From the NCBI RefSeq assembly GCF_035084215.1, contig NC_090358.1, positions 11,532,001 through 11,596,000 on the forward strand: a stretch of 64,000 bases of DNA, given 5' to 3'. The DNA comes from Heptranchias perlo. Its lineage: Eukaryota. The notes beneath the pieces are model-generated. The model saw nothing but the letters and a program-made list of their open reading frames with translations. It was not told where the DNA came from and searched no databases. Position 1 is the first letter of the stretch; each line of letters begins with the position of its first letter. Made by a program: the position numbers and the translations under genes. Shown one piece after another: positions 48,496 to 62,385 of the stretch.

Positions 48496-51171
48496 AGAAA
48501 GCGGGTTCACTGACAACAGTTGAGAGATAGAATCATTTGGCACTTTTCACAAATGAATATAGTATTATTATTTGGAAGTCTCAGCCCATCAAAGATCCTT
48601 CTTTAGCTCCCGCCATTTCAGCCCCTCATCCAAGAGCCTGCTCAGCCTTTTAACTGCATGGAGCTACTTAAATAGGAAAGTTGCACCCTTGCTCTATCCC
48701 CTTCCCGAATATTCTGGACTCTCTGGTCTATCTGCCACCCCTGCTGTTGGAACACCTTCCCGTATCTCATCAGCATTACTTAAATTAGCTGACCCTCGAA
48801 TTTCTGACGGAGGCAGCTTCCCCCAGCTTCAGTGGGTGTAAGTCCCACTCCACCACACTCACACTGGCAGAGAGGGGCCTCAGGAATCTCCAGCCCATCA
48901 TAATGAGCCCTCAGCACCCACATCACAAAACAGGAAATCTGCTTGTTACAGTCCCCTTCCATATACATTCTCTGGGAGCAGAAGCAGCCATCAGAGTGGA
49001 AGTGACTAATAGTAGAATTACATGGTCATAAAAACTGACCTTTGAGTCACTGGAAAGTTTTGAAGCAATTTGAAGGATACATGAAAGTGGGATTGATGGT
49101 TTGGGAGGTGTCATTAACCTCATGGTTACAACGGAGTTGGAGGTCACATTTTTGACTTTGTTCCTGTTAGTTTTACACAGATTAGTCAAGACCCTTGCTC
49201 CCCATGAATTTGATACATATTAATTTTCCTACCTGCTGAAATATATATCGTACTATTAGAACGGTATGTCAGTGAACCATACAATGGGGCAGTATGGATA
49301 ATGTGCTAATATAAGAACACATTCCACTATTACTTTGATCTATGTGTCATGAGAAGGACACAATAATTGAATTTGCTTTGTGTTGATGTCTTTCAAAGTA
49401 TCCTAAAGAAGGCACTAGTTTAATTTTATCAATGTGAGGTATGAATTCTTCCACATATTTTGGCAGCACCATAGTAAAGTATTTTTTTTAAAGCAGTGAA
49501 TCTCCCTTGGTGTTACTTATGATAAGTTGGGGCATACTCTATTTTATAAGGATAGAAGCATTGAGGTGTAATGCACAGTGCTTTATTATTAATTTATTCT
49601 ACTGCTAATGTGCAGCTATGTGTAACTGGCATATTATTTTAAGGCCACGCGATATAATTTCTGTGCCTTCCTAAGGTCAGTTAGAAGTTAATTGCTCTTA
49701 AGCAAAGCCTGACGTCAATTAAAGTTTCAAAGAAAACAGCAGGAAATGACTGGCTCTCTTTCCTTTTAGTTTTTTTTAAAAGTGTGAAGTTGAAATTTGT
49801 ATATGCGACACCTGCAGTGTGATGGACGTCTTTCAAATCTTTATATATTTCACTTTCGACATGTGTAAATATCTCTGTTGCAGCATTCACAAAGGACACA
49901 ACCCATGTAAACAAGAGAAAAGATGGCAATCCTGAAAGTGAATTTTAAAATACATCCGGCTGTGCTAGCAATACCCTGTAAATCTCTTTCATCTGAAAGG
50001 AAAGCTATGTTGTGTTTCGCACGTTGACATATAAAAGTTAATTACATAAAGTATTTTAGTGCATTAATCTAAAATCTGGATTTTCTCCTATTACTTCCTA
50101 TGGAAACAAAGGCTGGGTAATTAAATACAATAGTGGCTTGTTGTAACACAGCGTTTAGTACAAGCCAGAGAGTACAAAGGACAGATTGTCCCACAAAACC
50201 ATTATCAAAACAAATGTATACAGCATCCAGATTTATGAGTAACATTGTAAAATCTTGCACCCAATATTGAATTATTTTAGCCAATTGTTTAAAATGCACA
50301 GGTTATAAATAGTGGCATTAATTGTGACTTTGGCACTTATTTCAGTACTTAACTAATCCTTAAATACTAAAATATGAAAACTGTAAATACTTAACTGTGC
50401 AAAATACTTAGCTGTACAAAAGTCTAAATTCCCAGTTTTCTATGATCTATGTTTTAAATTAAAAGGAACTTGCTTAACTGAATTTATTCACTGTCTCAAA
50501 GTAAATGTAGATGTTTTGTGGAATTCAGATTGTTTATTATCCTTTTGTCTTGTGAACTTCAGCAGAGTTTGGTCTTTAATAGAAATGGGAAGGAGACTGG
50601 TCTCCTGACTCAAAGTTCAGGCCTCTCCTGTTTAGTGTTTAATATTGGTAAATGTCTGATTCAAGTCCTGATTGCTGAATCTAAGGTTCTCTTGGAAAAC
50701 TAAATGATGCAAACTCAATCAGTGCACTTAAAATCTGAGTTGCCTTTGACTCATCTCTGTCTCGCTCCAGAACGAACTCCGAGTTTGGAAGTTCACTGGG
50801 CTTTAAGTAAGGATGCAGGCTTCAGTCCTGAACTCTATGCTCCATAAAACACGGCTGCCATCTCCCGTGTCTATTCTTTTCCGTGGCCAGTTGACAGTCC
50901 CGGCACATGGTTTTGCCTTGCTAGTTATGTGAGGATTGGCTGAAGAGTTTTGAAAACAAATTACTCCTGCATGCATGTGATTGTTTTATTTTAAACTGCA
51001 CGAGGGTGCAAGCTGGCCACAAAATTCTCCCTATGGCCTGTATTAAAAAGTGCCATAGAATAAATGGGTAGCTTTCAGAGCTGACAAGTAGAAGGATATA
51101 ATTGAAAGGGAATTTTTAATACCAAATGGTTCAATTGTACTTAAGAACTGATATGATATTTTATTCTAATA

Positions 51172-51490
51172 TGTGCCAGTTTAGTGCAGTTGATAGCACT
51201 CTCACCTCTGGGTCAATGACTTGTGGCTTCATGTCCCACAGCAGGATTTGAGTGCACAATCTAGACTGGCAATCCAATGCAGGCCTGAAGAAGTAGTGTA
51301 TTGTCAGAGATGCTGCCCTTTGAACAAGTCTTTAAGCCAAGGTGGAGGTTCAATATCCCATGGCACTGTTTGAAGAGGAGGGAATACTCCCTGTGTCCTA
51401 GCCAACACATCTCCCTCAACCTACATCACAAAAAAAGATAAACTGACCATTCATCTCATTGCTGTTTATGGGGTGTTGGTATGCAAATTA
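51172..51490 (+). mobile_element. Old DeuSINE, 3'-truncated
   Basis: Aligns by eye to 26319-26645 (gatagcactctcacctctg...gtcccac...gtgtcctagccaaca...ccctcaac...cattcatctcattgctgttt). Confidence 0.7.
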
Positions 51491-51803
51491 GTTTAACAAC
51501 AAATTATCTTATTAGTGCTTTATTTACCAAGAAATTATAGTTTTGGTTCATATGTTTACCAATAGATTACGATAATGCTTCATTGGTTTATCAAAAGTTA
51601 CAGCTTTAGCTAAATAAATTTATCAGCCGGCTATGGCTTTGGTTCATACCCATCTCTCCATTACTTTGATTAAATACATCACTTTTTTATTATGAGAAGG
51701 ATTGCGGGATATATACGAATTTCTGAGATTGAGATCCATTTTATCTTTTTTCCTACAGGTCTCGATACACTGGAGTTTGCACATTCTGTGCGATTAAGAA
51801 AAA

Positions 51804-51861
51804 ATGTATGGGTTGAAGAGAGAGCCTTTTGGTTGGCTCATTCTATGTGTGCTGCTGCAAG
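51804..51861 (+). CDS. Signal-peptide exon of a ricin-domain gene (exon begins 51759)
   Basis: Strong acceptor ttttatcttttttcctacag|; MYGLKREPFGWLILCVLLQ(G); donor AG|gtaaag, phase 1, compatible with the exon at 60553. Confidence 0.7.
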
Positions 51862-51980
51862 GTAAAGACTGCTGAATACTTGAAGAGGGGGGTGTTCTGA
51901 AACATTTAACAACAATTTACATCTATATACTGTGCCTCATATGGAAATGATATCTTAGAGTAGCTTACAGGTGCAGAGGA

Positions 51981-54900
51981 ATCATAGAAATCATAGAATA
52001 TTTACAGCACACAAGGAGACCATTTGGCCCATTGTGTCCGTGCAGGCCGAAAATGAGCCTAATCCCACTTTCCAGCACTTGGTCCGTAGCCATGTAGGTT
52101 ACAGCACTTCAAATACACATCCAGATACTTTTTAAATGAGTTGAGGGTTTCTGCCTCTACCACCCTTTCAGGCAGTGAGTTCCAGACCCCCACCACTCTC
52201 TGGGTGAAAAAAGTTTTCCTCAGCTCCCCTTTAATCCTTCTACCAATCACTTTCAATCTATCCTCCCTGGTTATTGACCCCTCTGCCAAGGGAAATAGGT
52301 CCTTCCTATCCACTCTATCTAGGCCCCTCATAATTTTGTACATCTCGAATCACCCCTCAGCCTCCTCTGTTCCAAGGAAAACAACCCCAGCCTATCCAAT
52401 CTTTCCTCATAGCTAAAATTCTCCAGTCCTGGCAAAATCCTCATAAATCTCCTCTGTACCCTCTCCAGTGCAATCACATCTTTCCTGTAATGTGGTGACC
52501 AGAACTGTGCGCAGTACTCAAGGTGTGGCCTAACTAGTGTTTTATACAGTCCCAACATAACCTCCCTGCTCTTATATTCTATGCCTCGGCTAATAAAGGA
52601 AAAAATTCCACATGCCTTCTTAACCACCTTATCTACCTGTCCTGCTACCTTCAGGGATCTGTGGACATGCACTCCAAGGTCCCTCATTTCCTCTACACCT
52701 CTCAGTATCCTCCCATTTATTGTGTATTCCCTTGCCTTGTTTGCCCTCCCCAAATGCATTACCTCACATTTCTCTGGATTAAATTCCATTTGCCACTTTT
52801 CTTCCTGCAGGCTATGGCTTTCCTCCTCACTATCAACCACATGGCCAATTTTTGTATCATCTGCAAACTTTTTAATCATGCCCCCTATATTTAAGTCCAA
52901 ATCATTAATATATATCACAAAAAGCAAGATACCTAGTACTGAGCCCTGCGGAACCCCACTGGAAACATCCTTCCAGTCACAAAAACACCCGTCAACCATT
53001 ACCCATTGCTTCCTACCACTGAGCCAATTTTGGATCCAACTTGCCACTTTCCCTTGGCTTGTACTTTTTTGACCAGTCTGCCATGTGGGACCTTGTCAAA
53101 GACCTTGCTAAAATCCATGTAGACTACATCAAATGCACTACCCTCATCTACCGTCCTTGTTACCTCCTCGAAAAATTCAATCAAGTTAGTCAGACATGAC
53201 CTTCCCTTAACAAATTCATGCTTACTATCCTTGATTACTCCGTGCCTTTCTAAGTGACGGTTTATCCTGTCCTCAGAATTGATTCCAATAATTTGCTCAC
53301 CATCGATATTAGACTGATTGGCCTGTAATTACTCAGTCTATCCCTCGCTCCCTTTTTAAATAACGGTACAACATTAGCAATCCTCCAATCCTCCGGCACC
53401 ACGCCTGTAGCCAGGGAGGATCGGAAAATGATGTTCAGAGCCTGCATTATTTCCTCCCTTGCTTCTTTTAACAGCCTGGGATACATTTCATCCGGCCCTG
53501 GTGATTTATCTACTTTCAAAGATGCTAATCCCCTTAATACTTCCTCTCTCACTATGTTTATCCCATTCAATATTTCACACTCCTCCTTCTTAACTATAAT
53601 GTCTGTATCGTCCCTCTCTTTTGTGAAGACAGACGCAAAGTATTCATTAAGAACCATACCAACATCTTCCGCCTCCACACGTAGGTTATCTTTTCGGTCT
53701 CAAATAAGCCCTACTCTTTCCTTAGTTATCCTCTAGCTCTTAACATATTTATAAAACATCTTTGGGTTTTCCTTGATTTTACTTGTCAGTATTTTTTTCA
53801 TGCCCTCTCTTTGCTTTCCTAATTTCCTTTTTATTTTCACCCCTGCACTTTCTATACTCCTCTGGGCTTTCTGTAGAATTGAGTTCTCGATGTCTGACGT
53901 AAGCTTTCCTTTTCTGCCTTATCTTACCCTGTATGTTCCTTGACATCCAGGGGACTCCAGTCCCACCCTTTATCTTTGTGGGAATATGTTTACTCTGAAC
54001 CCCTTGAATCTTCCCCTTGAATGCCTCCCACTGCTCTGACATTGTTTTACCTTCAAGTAGCTGTTTCGAGTCCATTTTTGCTAAATCACTTCTCAGCTTA
54101 GTAAGATTGGCCTTTCCCCAGTTGAGAACTTTAACTCCTGTTCTATCTTTGTCCTTTTCCATAACTATGCTAAAACTAACTGAATTATGATCACTACCAC
54201 CAAAATGCTCTCCCACTGCTACTCCTTCTACCTGCCCAGCTTCATTTCCTAAAACTAAATCCAGAACTGCCCCCTGTCTTGTTGGGCTAAAAAAGTTCTC
54301 CTGAATGCAATTGAAGAATTTTGCGCCCTCTATACCCTTCACACTGTATCCCAGTTAATATTAGGGTAGTTGAAATCCCCTACTGTTACTGCCCTATTGT
54401 TTTTGCACTTCTCAGAAATTTGCCCACATATTTGCTCTTCTATCTCCCTCTGACTGTTTGGGGGTCTATAGGGCACTCCCAGTAGTGTGACAGCCCCTTT
54501 TTTGTTCCTTAGCTCAACCCATATGGCCTCATTTGATGATCCTTCCAACATATCATCCCTCCTCACAGTTGTAATTGTTTATTTAACCAAAATTGCCACC
54601 CCATCCTCCTTTTTTATCCCCCTCTCTATCTTGTCTGAAAGCATTGTAACCAGGAACGTTGAGCTGCCATTCCTGCCCCTCTTTAAGCCATGTTTCTGTA
54701 ATAGCTAAGATATCGTACTGCCATGTGTCTATCTGTGCTCTCAGCTCATCTGCCTTATTCACTATACTCCTTGCATTGAGGTATATACCTTTAAGCATTG
54801 CCAAACTCCCTTGTTGTTTATTTTCTAACCTTTGTTTCCTCTGCCTTCCAAACTCACTTACTAATTTTCTGCCTTCCATCTCCAGTTGTGATTCTGTCCC

Positions 54901-56120
54901 ACCTGGATCTACACTCAGGTTCCTATCCCCCTGCCAAACTAGTTTAAACCCTCCTCAACAGCAAACCTCACCACAAGAATATTGGTCCCGGCCCTGTTGA
55001 GATGCAACCCATCTGGTTTGTACAGGTCCCACCTCCCCAGAACCAGTCCCAATGCCCCAGCAATCTAAAGCCCTCCCTCCTGCACCATCTCTCCAGCCAC
55101 GCATTTATCTGCTCTATCTTCCTATTTCTATACTCACTAGTGCATGGCACTGGGAGTAATCTGGAGATTACTACCTTTGAGGTCCTGCTTGTTAATCTCT
55201 TTTCTAACTCCTTAAAATCTGCCTGCAGGACCTCATCCCTCTTTCTACTTATGTCGTTGGTACCGATATGGACCACGACCTCAGGCTGTTCACCTTCCCC
55301 TCCCAGAATGTTCTGCAGCCGCTCAGTGACATCCTTGACCCTGACACCAGGGAGGCAACTTACCAAGCTGGAATCATGTCTGCGGCCACAGAAACGCCTG
55401 TCTGCTCCCCTAACTATAGAATCCCCTATCACAATTGCTCTCCTGACGTTTCTCCTCCTCCCCTGTACAGTTGAGCCACCCTTGGTGCTATGGTCTTGGC
55501 TCTGGCTGCACTCCCCAGAGAAACCCTCTCCCCCACCAGTATTCAGAATTGAATACTGGTTAGAGAGTGAGACACCTTCAGGGGACTCCTGCAGTACCTG
55601 CCTGGTCCTCCTTGTCTGTCTGGCGGTCACCCAGTCCCTCTCTGTCTGCACTCTCTTAAGCTGCGGGGTGACCACCTCCTGAAACATGCTATCCACAAAA
55701 CCCTCAGCCTGGCGGATGCACTGCAGTGACGCCAGCTGTTGCTCAAGCTCCGAAATCCGGAGCTCGAGCTCCTCCAGCTGACGACACTTCCTGCACCTCT
55801 GGTTGTCCAGGGCATGGGAAGCATCCTGGAGTTCCCACATGGCACAGGATGTGCACTCGACGGGTCTGAGCTGACCGGCCATGCCTCGATTTATTACATT
55901 AACTGAACTTAACTGGAAATAAACGAAAGACTTAAAAAAAAGACACTCACCAGAAAAAGAAACACTCACCAGCTACCAGCCAATCAGCTCCTTCTCTTCT
56001 AACTGACGTCACTTTTGATCTTCTCACCTCTCTCCCTGAAGCCCCTCGCTCTTTATCCAATCCGATGCTCCGCCCCGAACTCCAACCAGGTCCGCTCACC
56101 TTACCTCAGGCGCTCCAGAG
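51981..56120 (-). mobile_element. Near full-length CR1 LINE (ORF1 + frameshifted ORF2), antisense in an intron
   Basis: ORF1 CxxC..CxxC, coiled coil, GDS...GTND esterase; ORF2 pieces 54879-52059 with APE and RT motifs; tail ttctatgatttctatgat. Confidence 0.95.
54968..55882 (-). pseudogene. CR1 ORF1 (zinc finger/leucine zipper + SGNH esterase), frameshifted near the C-terminus
   Basis: MAGQLRPVECTSCAMWE...CRKCRQLEELELRISELEQQL...AIVIGDSIVRG...HIGTND; the DGLH motif is out of frame. Confidence 0.88.
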
Positions 56121-56194
56121 GAGGACAACAGGGAGAAACAGGTGTAATTTTGGGGGGATGGCGAAGGCTCGGACAGATGAATGAGGTATCCCTT

Positions 56195-56345
56195 AGAATC
56201 TTTCGGCACAGAAGGAGGCCATTCAGCCCATCGTGCCTGTGCCGGCTCTTTAAAAGAGCTATTCAATTAGTCCCACTCCCCCGCTCTTTTCCCATAGCCC
56301 AGCAAAATGTTTCTTTTCACGTGTATGTATACAATTCCCTTTTTA
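56195..56345 (-). mobile_element. CR1 3' UTR fragment
   Basis: gcacagaaggaggccattcagcccatcgtgcctgtgccggctctttaaaagagctattcaattagtccc. Confidence 0.75.
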
Positions 56346-58095
56346 GGCGGCTTTTGAGAACAGCGAGAGAAGTAGCAAGAAAAAATGATTTTGGAAGAGA
56401 ATTCCAGAGGGACAGGGACGTGGTGGTTATTTGCTGCAAATGAATTATACCGATCTACCTTAAAACATATTTGACTTTGTTTTATTTTAATCACGAAAGA
56501 GGAACAAATGTACCCACCCACTTCATACTGTGACAGATCATTGACACATTTGTCCATTTAAAGTCGGCTTAGTAATCCAATATCTAGTTACACAACTAAA
56601 GTCTTTCACTTCTGAGTTGCTTACGTTCATAAATGTCTTAGAAGTTCATGCTGTGGTTGTACTTCAGTTACTGAGATCTGCTGGCTGCATTGCACAATTA
56701 GCTGACCTTTATTATACTGCAGATTGATCTCAGTCTCTAACACTTGCACAGAGCTCCATTCCCCAGAAGCTAATTTTTAATGCTGGCAAAACATGGGCCG
56801 GAGTGTCCACTGTATCCCAACGTTGAAAAGATTCCATACAAAATTTTAAAATTTCCCAGGTGACCCAGTTGACCTGCCAGATCGTGCAGCGGACTGGAAT
56901 TTTACGTCAGCCGGCGTAAACTCGAAATGTGAGATAGGCTGCTTGAGTTAGATTTAGTGTGCTCTGATGTCAGATCAGGATCTGAGTCATGAATTAAACT
57001 GTTACTTTTTACACCAATTCACACTGGAAACTGCTTTGCGTCAAGGCAAAATTACAGTATAACCACACCCTAAGATAAAGAGTTCAGCAGTCTCTCTAAC
57101 ATGGAGCTTTTATGGATCTGCGGGCACAGCCTTTCATGTCAGTTATCCCTTGGAGCAGTAAAAAACAATGGTGCTTTTTTTTGAAAGGTGAACCTCTGTT
57201 TTTAAAGCTTTCCCCTCCTATTTTATCCTTTTCATTTTAATCCTTGAAAAAATATTGCCTTCTAAGCCCTTTCTCCTCCACCTCTCCCCCACGGTGATCT
57301 GCTTCCAGGTCTTTGCTGTTGCTGCTCTTCTGCTGTCACCAAGAGGAGTATAGAGCTGACTCTTCATCTTCTCTAGGAAGTGCTTGCCTCCAATGAGTGC
57401 AGGAAGACTGGGAACTCAGCAGAACAGGGCATCAGACCCACATTCCACCACTGCTGGCATTGTGTGTTGACGCTCCAATGCATGCTGCCACCAAACCGTC
57501 TCTTTCTATTAATGCCCCATGTCACACACAATTATGGCCAACAAATAAGCAGATAACCTTGTCCCAGGCCTTCACCAGTGATGCTCTGAAAGTGGTGTTA
57601 GAAGGTACGGAAGTAGGTTGGGTTAAATGCCCTTCTGGTGTTCCTGAGAAAATGCCTGGCTTCTGCTTGAAGACTTGACATAATGACGCTGCTTAGATTG
57701 GTAACTCAATGCATGGGGATGGCAGCTGTAAACCCTACGTCTCTGTGGCATAGCATGTTGAAGTGCCACTGAGCCCCTGAAACCATAAGGCTTTGTTTAG
57801 TCTATTGACCAAAAACAAGAATAACTTGAACAGCTGTGAATGATCAATTTTGACATGAAGTATATTTAAAATGAATTTGAAAAAGTCTACAATTTATTTG
57901 TAATAACTTCATAATCATTTTAAAAAGGTGAGCAAACTAGTAGGAAATACTTTTGTGATTTTTGTTTTGAGACCATTGTCTCTGGATTCCCTCACCTGAT
58001 CTGTTGCCTCATTATTCCACCATGTGGAAGATGCTCTCAAAATGGAGGTAAGCACCTCCTTTTAGTGCATAAGTGTTTTACAGTAAGGGATATAT

Positions 58096-58863
58096 GGCCC
58101 AGATTTTGCTGCGGCAGGGCATCTAACGGTTAGTTAAACTTGCCCTTGCGTGTTTAGGTTTTTAAATTTTTGCATAGCAAGTTGCTGAAAGTGCGAGCTG
58201 ATAATGTCGCAGCGAGGGAAACAGGGCGTCTGGGACCTGGGTGAACAGGGCAAGCAATTGGGTATCTCCATAACCAATCAGATTGAAGGATTGTGAAATA
58301 AACACAGGAACGACGGAGAAGGAAGTGTAATGGGTGATTTCAATGTCAAATGAGAAATAAAGAGGGAAAGAAAGATTGGATTAAGAGAGAGAAAAAATAG
58401 ACAGAAAGGAAAAGTAAAAAAATGTTTTTAACATTTTAAATTTGACATTTTTTAAAATCTCCAACAACAATTAATATTTGAGGGAATGAGACTCCACACT
58501 TGTAATAGTTAATTTTCAGTTCCAGAGAGGTTGATTGGCAGTAATTAACAGTAATTACGTCATTAAAAGGGTACTTGCGCTTGTAATGACAAGACTTAAC
58601 CTTCTGTGGCGAATTTAGTTTGTATCCACCGCGCAAATACAGCACCTTTACGCCGTTCAACGCATTTCAGCGGTGAGCCAGTAGCGGGACGCCGTTTTTG
58701 CGAAGCTAATGGTGGAACAGCACAACTCGGACAGCAACTTTTGGGATTTGGCATTTAACTGCGCGTCGGCCCTTTGCCTGAAGTTGCTGTACCATTCATT
58801 TACACTTAAATAATGGCGAGCGACATTAGCCTCACTGTTATTTTGACAGCAAAATCAGTGACC
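58096..58863. mobile_element. TIR element related, in inverted orientation, to 7166-7916
   Basis: Ends ggcccagattttgctg and cagcaaaatcagtgacc; internal 58260-58570 is complementary to 7420-7745. Confidence 0.7.
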
Positions 58864-60552
58864 ACGCTACCTTCACTGGAACCATAGAGTGTCATTCCCC
58901 TAGTGCTCTGTGTTTCTCTCCTACCACTTTTCACCTTGTTTTCCTTCCCCAGACAGTTTCCTGATTGTAACTGTATTGGAAGGAATGTCTGGTGTATTTA
59001 TCGATAGCTGGTGTTCTGATTCCAAATGTTGTCAGTGACATCAACCTTCTAATCCCTGATGATATGTAGGTGTGAAATGCAGGGGGATTATGGAGCCCCA
59101 CTGATCTCAGTTCCTTAATCAGATATCTTTGCAGAAACTCTGAGTGCCTTTCAGCAGGTAAGTGTCCAAGGTATGAAATACATGAGGATTAACAAACTAG
59201 TTATCAATGGAGTTTAGAAGATTGGTGTCTGTTGACAGCATTCCGACTCACAACACCAGGTATTGGTGTACCTAGTACTAGTTACCTAACACTTGACACA
59301 TTGCTGCCTGGCTGAGTGAAAAAAATTAGGTGAGACGCCTAGATGTTAGGTAGCAGCCAATGCTGCAGACAGATAATCTTGGGAACTCAGAGGCTAAAAT
59401 CTTGTAAAACAATTTAAAATGAACAATTTTTCTAAACAGTAGCCACCAGTTTAGTGCTGTTTTTATACAGTATTTTAAAAATATTTATTATTTTGAGATC
59501 ACCAAACCCTGGATGGATTTACAGCAGAATCTATTTTCTCATGCTGCAGAAGTTGGCTTTGGGATGCCATCAAATTAAAGGGGCTCTGGTCACTGCTTCA
59601 CCAGGAGGCTCTTCCATTAGCCAGATTTTCATTTATCAGCTGAACCTGTTTCATTAGCTCGCACACTCTGCCAGTTATATGTAATGAAGTCCTATCCTTA
59701 TTGAAAAGAGCTGAGATTGTTCGAACCCTAGTGCTATATAAATTGGAACAGTGATTATTGTTAAAATGTTTAATTGTGAGGGTTGCTGGAGTACGAATTA
59801 ACCTCCAGCTTTATCTGTTATGTCACATAACGTTAATGGAAATAAATAGATGATAGAAATTCTGGTGGCACCATTTCCATGGAGAATGCAGTGGGGCAGA
59901 ACTTCACCTGCTGCTTTGGCTTGTCCATCACCCTGTCCCAAATCCTTGGCAAGGGGTCATTACCATAATAGGGTGGGCACCTATGCCAGTAGTGGTACTA
60001 CAGGGATGCCCACCCCACCTTGGAATGGCAATAAATCCCTCTGGGATTGATTGCTGTTGGAAATTTTCTCGGTGGGATCCACATGTGGCCCAAAATGCCA
60101 CTGACGTCTGCTCTCTGCTGGCGTAGGTGGACCTTACAGCAGCATATCTAGAGGGATTTCTGGTGTAGCCTGGGAATGTCCCCAGACATTCCCTCAAACT
60201 GGGGTCGAAACATCAGTCAGAGGGGCGGACAGAGAAGCATCCAACTGCCTCCCTTAGAATTTGCGGTGGCTGATCAAGAGGGTGGAAACCCCCTGGGTTC
60301 TTTCCCATCTTCTATTCCCTCAACTGTTCCAATACCAGAATTCTGTCCCAAGAAGCAGTGGCATTGTAGGCTAGGATGTCATGGGCTGGAATAACATTAA
60401 GCTTTCTGAAGCGAGAGAGGTGAATCATTTAGACTTATGCTCTTGTGTTGAAGAAAAAAAATCATGCTCAGTTTCTTTTTCCAACCCAAGTGATCTGCGG
60501 TTTACATCATAAAGATTATAATTCTTTTTAAGCTTGTACTTAATATTTACAG

Positions 60553-60924
60553 GAGTGGAAGTATTTATAATAAAAAGTTCTGACAATCAATGCTTGAAAG
60601 CCACTTTGGAAAGCGTTCGAGTGCTGACAGACAAGTGCAACCCTGATTCATTACTCCAAGACTGGGTGTGGAAACAAAACTGGCTTTTCAATCAAGGGAC
60701 CAAAAGATGTCTTTCTGTAGGTCAGGCTCTCAATGTTCAAACTGCAACTTGTGAAAATGTGACGAGTCTAACGTGGAACTGCATCAACCGCCGACTTGTC
60801 CATGTGGACATGTCCTGGTATCTGACTGGCAATGGGAGTACGGTGTTTATTTCCAAAGAAAAAAAGAAAAGTACCAAGTGGAGGTCAACAAATGGTACAA
60901 GCCTGTGCCAAAAGGCCCATCAGG
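60553..60924 (+). CDS. Ricin-type beta-trefoil (R-type lectin / cysteine-rich domain) exon
   Basis: ttacag| and G|gtaag, 372 nt, phase 1-1; FIIKS.DNQCL...C...LLQDWVW...LFNQGTKRCL...C....LTWNC...KW......SLC, the pattern of mannose-receptor-family N-terminal domains. Confidence 0.85.
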
Positions 60925-61668
60925 GTAAGAACGAGAAAGCGGAATGGACCGTGAGCTACTCAGCAAGGGAATTCAGATATTTTATATTATAGTCCTTTCT
61001 ACCTGCATAACAGTCAATTGACCAACTTCTTGTTACATTGGGTGAAAATTGGGATCAAATGATCATGAGTGGTTCTGTACAAGATGGCAATTTAAATGTT
61101 CAACCTTCTGTTTGTGCTGAAGGTGATGGGATTGTGATATTTGTTACTGTTTAAGGTTCTTTGTACCATTTTATGATTCAATGGCTCGAGCACAGTTTCT
61201 GTAAGCAGATTGTATCCCTTATGATCTGAAATCTGCATGGACTCGGGCACTAGAAATGATTCCACTTGGCAGTCCTGCAACCGGATTAAATGTACTTTTG
61301 TGCTCCGATACCATGCTCCACTTCGGATAACTGGGAACAAAGCAGAGATGTCACAGGCTAAAAGTCACTCGTCAAATATATTTACATAATCCAGTTTTAA
61401 AATACCGACTGATATCAGAGTAGAAGGCTGCTTTGAGTTATAATATACAATTCATTAGAGCTCTTACCAGCCCTCCTTAACCTGCTTAAATAGTGTCAGG
61501 CACAGTGAATGCTTACAATCCAACGTCTAGTTATCCTTGGTAACAAAATATTGACTTGAGCTGTACCCCTCAGGCAGTAAATCATATGTAAGTCGAATGC
61601 TTATGGAGCTCTTTCATCTCAACAACTTTCAGAATCCAGCAAGAACCAAGAAACTGCAGAAAGACCAT

Positions 61669-62385
61669 GGGGGTAATTTCAACCCTAAAGAACGGGTGGT
61701 TTGGGGGTGGGTGGGAGATAAAAATAACAGTTTTTCAAAGTGGGACCGCAACTTGGCTCCAACGTTAAAAGGGCAATGTACCTCATTGAAATAGTTGAGG
61801 TACTTAATTTTTTGCGGATTCGAAAGCTGAAGCAAATTTAAGATCACCTGCATGGGTTTCCCGTCGTTTCTGATTCTCGTCAGGTGAAAGCAGGCGAGAA
61901 GGGCAGGATCCATGAGGTGAGTGCCTTTATTGCACTGCTTGTGGGCCCAGAGGAGCATGAGTGTTTCATCCAGGCCCAACAAGCTCACCTGGTGCGATTG
62001 GAGCCCCGTGAACGGCCCCCGCCCCCCACCCCCCCTCGGATGGTAGACCTCCTCCCATCTCCGACTTTTCATCTGACTGCCAATCCGATCATCTCCCTGC
62101 CCCCGATCTTCTCCCAAGACTCCCTTCCCCCCCCCACCCCACATGTCGTCCTTGGCCCACGATCTCTTCCCCCTACCCCCCTCTCCGATTCACGGCTCCT
62201 TTCCATCCTGACAGGTAGCTGGCCTGTCAATTTGGCTGGCTGTGGCACGGGAAACCCGGAAGCAAAAATAATTACCTCCAATTGAGTTGCGAATGCAGAT
62301 TACGACGCACTCATTTCACTTCCTGGTTCCCCCGCAAACATCTACCTGCCTGCTGGGTTCCCGGCTTTCATTAAAAATCATGCCC
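61669..62385. mobile_element. Harbinger-type non-autonomous element
   Basis: Ends gggggtaatttc and aaaatcatgccc, flanks CAT/CAC; internal similarity to 47453-48229. Confidence 0.7.

Noticed and set aside
52141-55682. Plus-strand ORFs of 90-226 aa
   Set aside because: Antisense shadows of CR1 ORF1/ORF2
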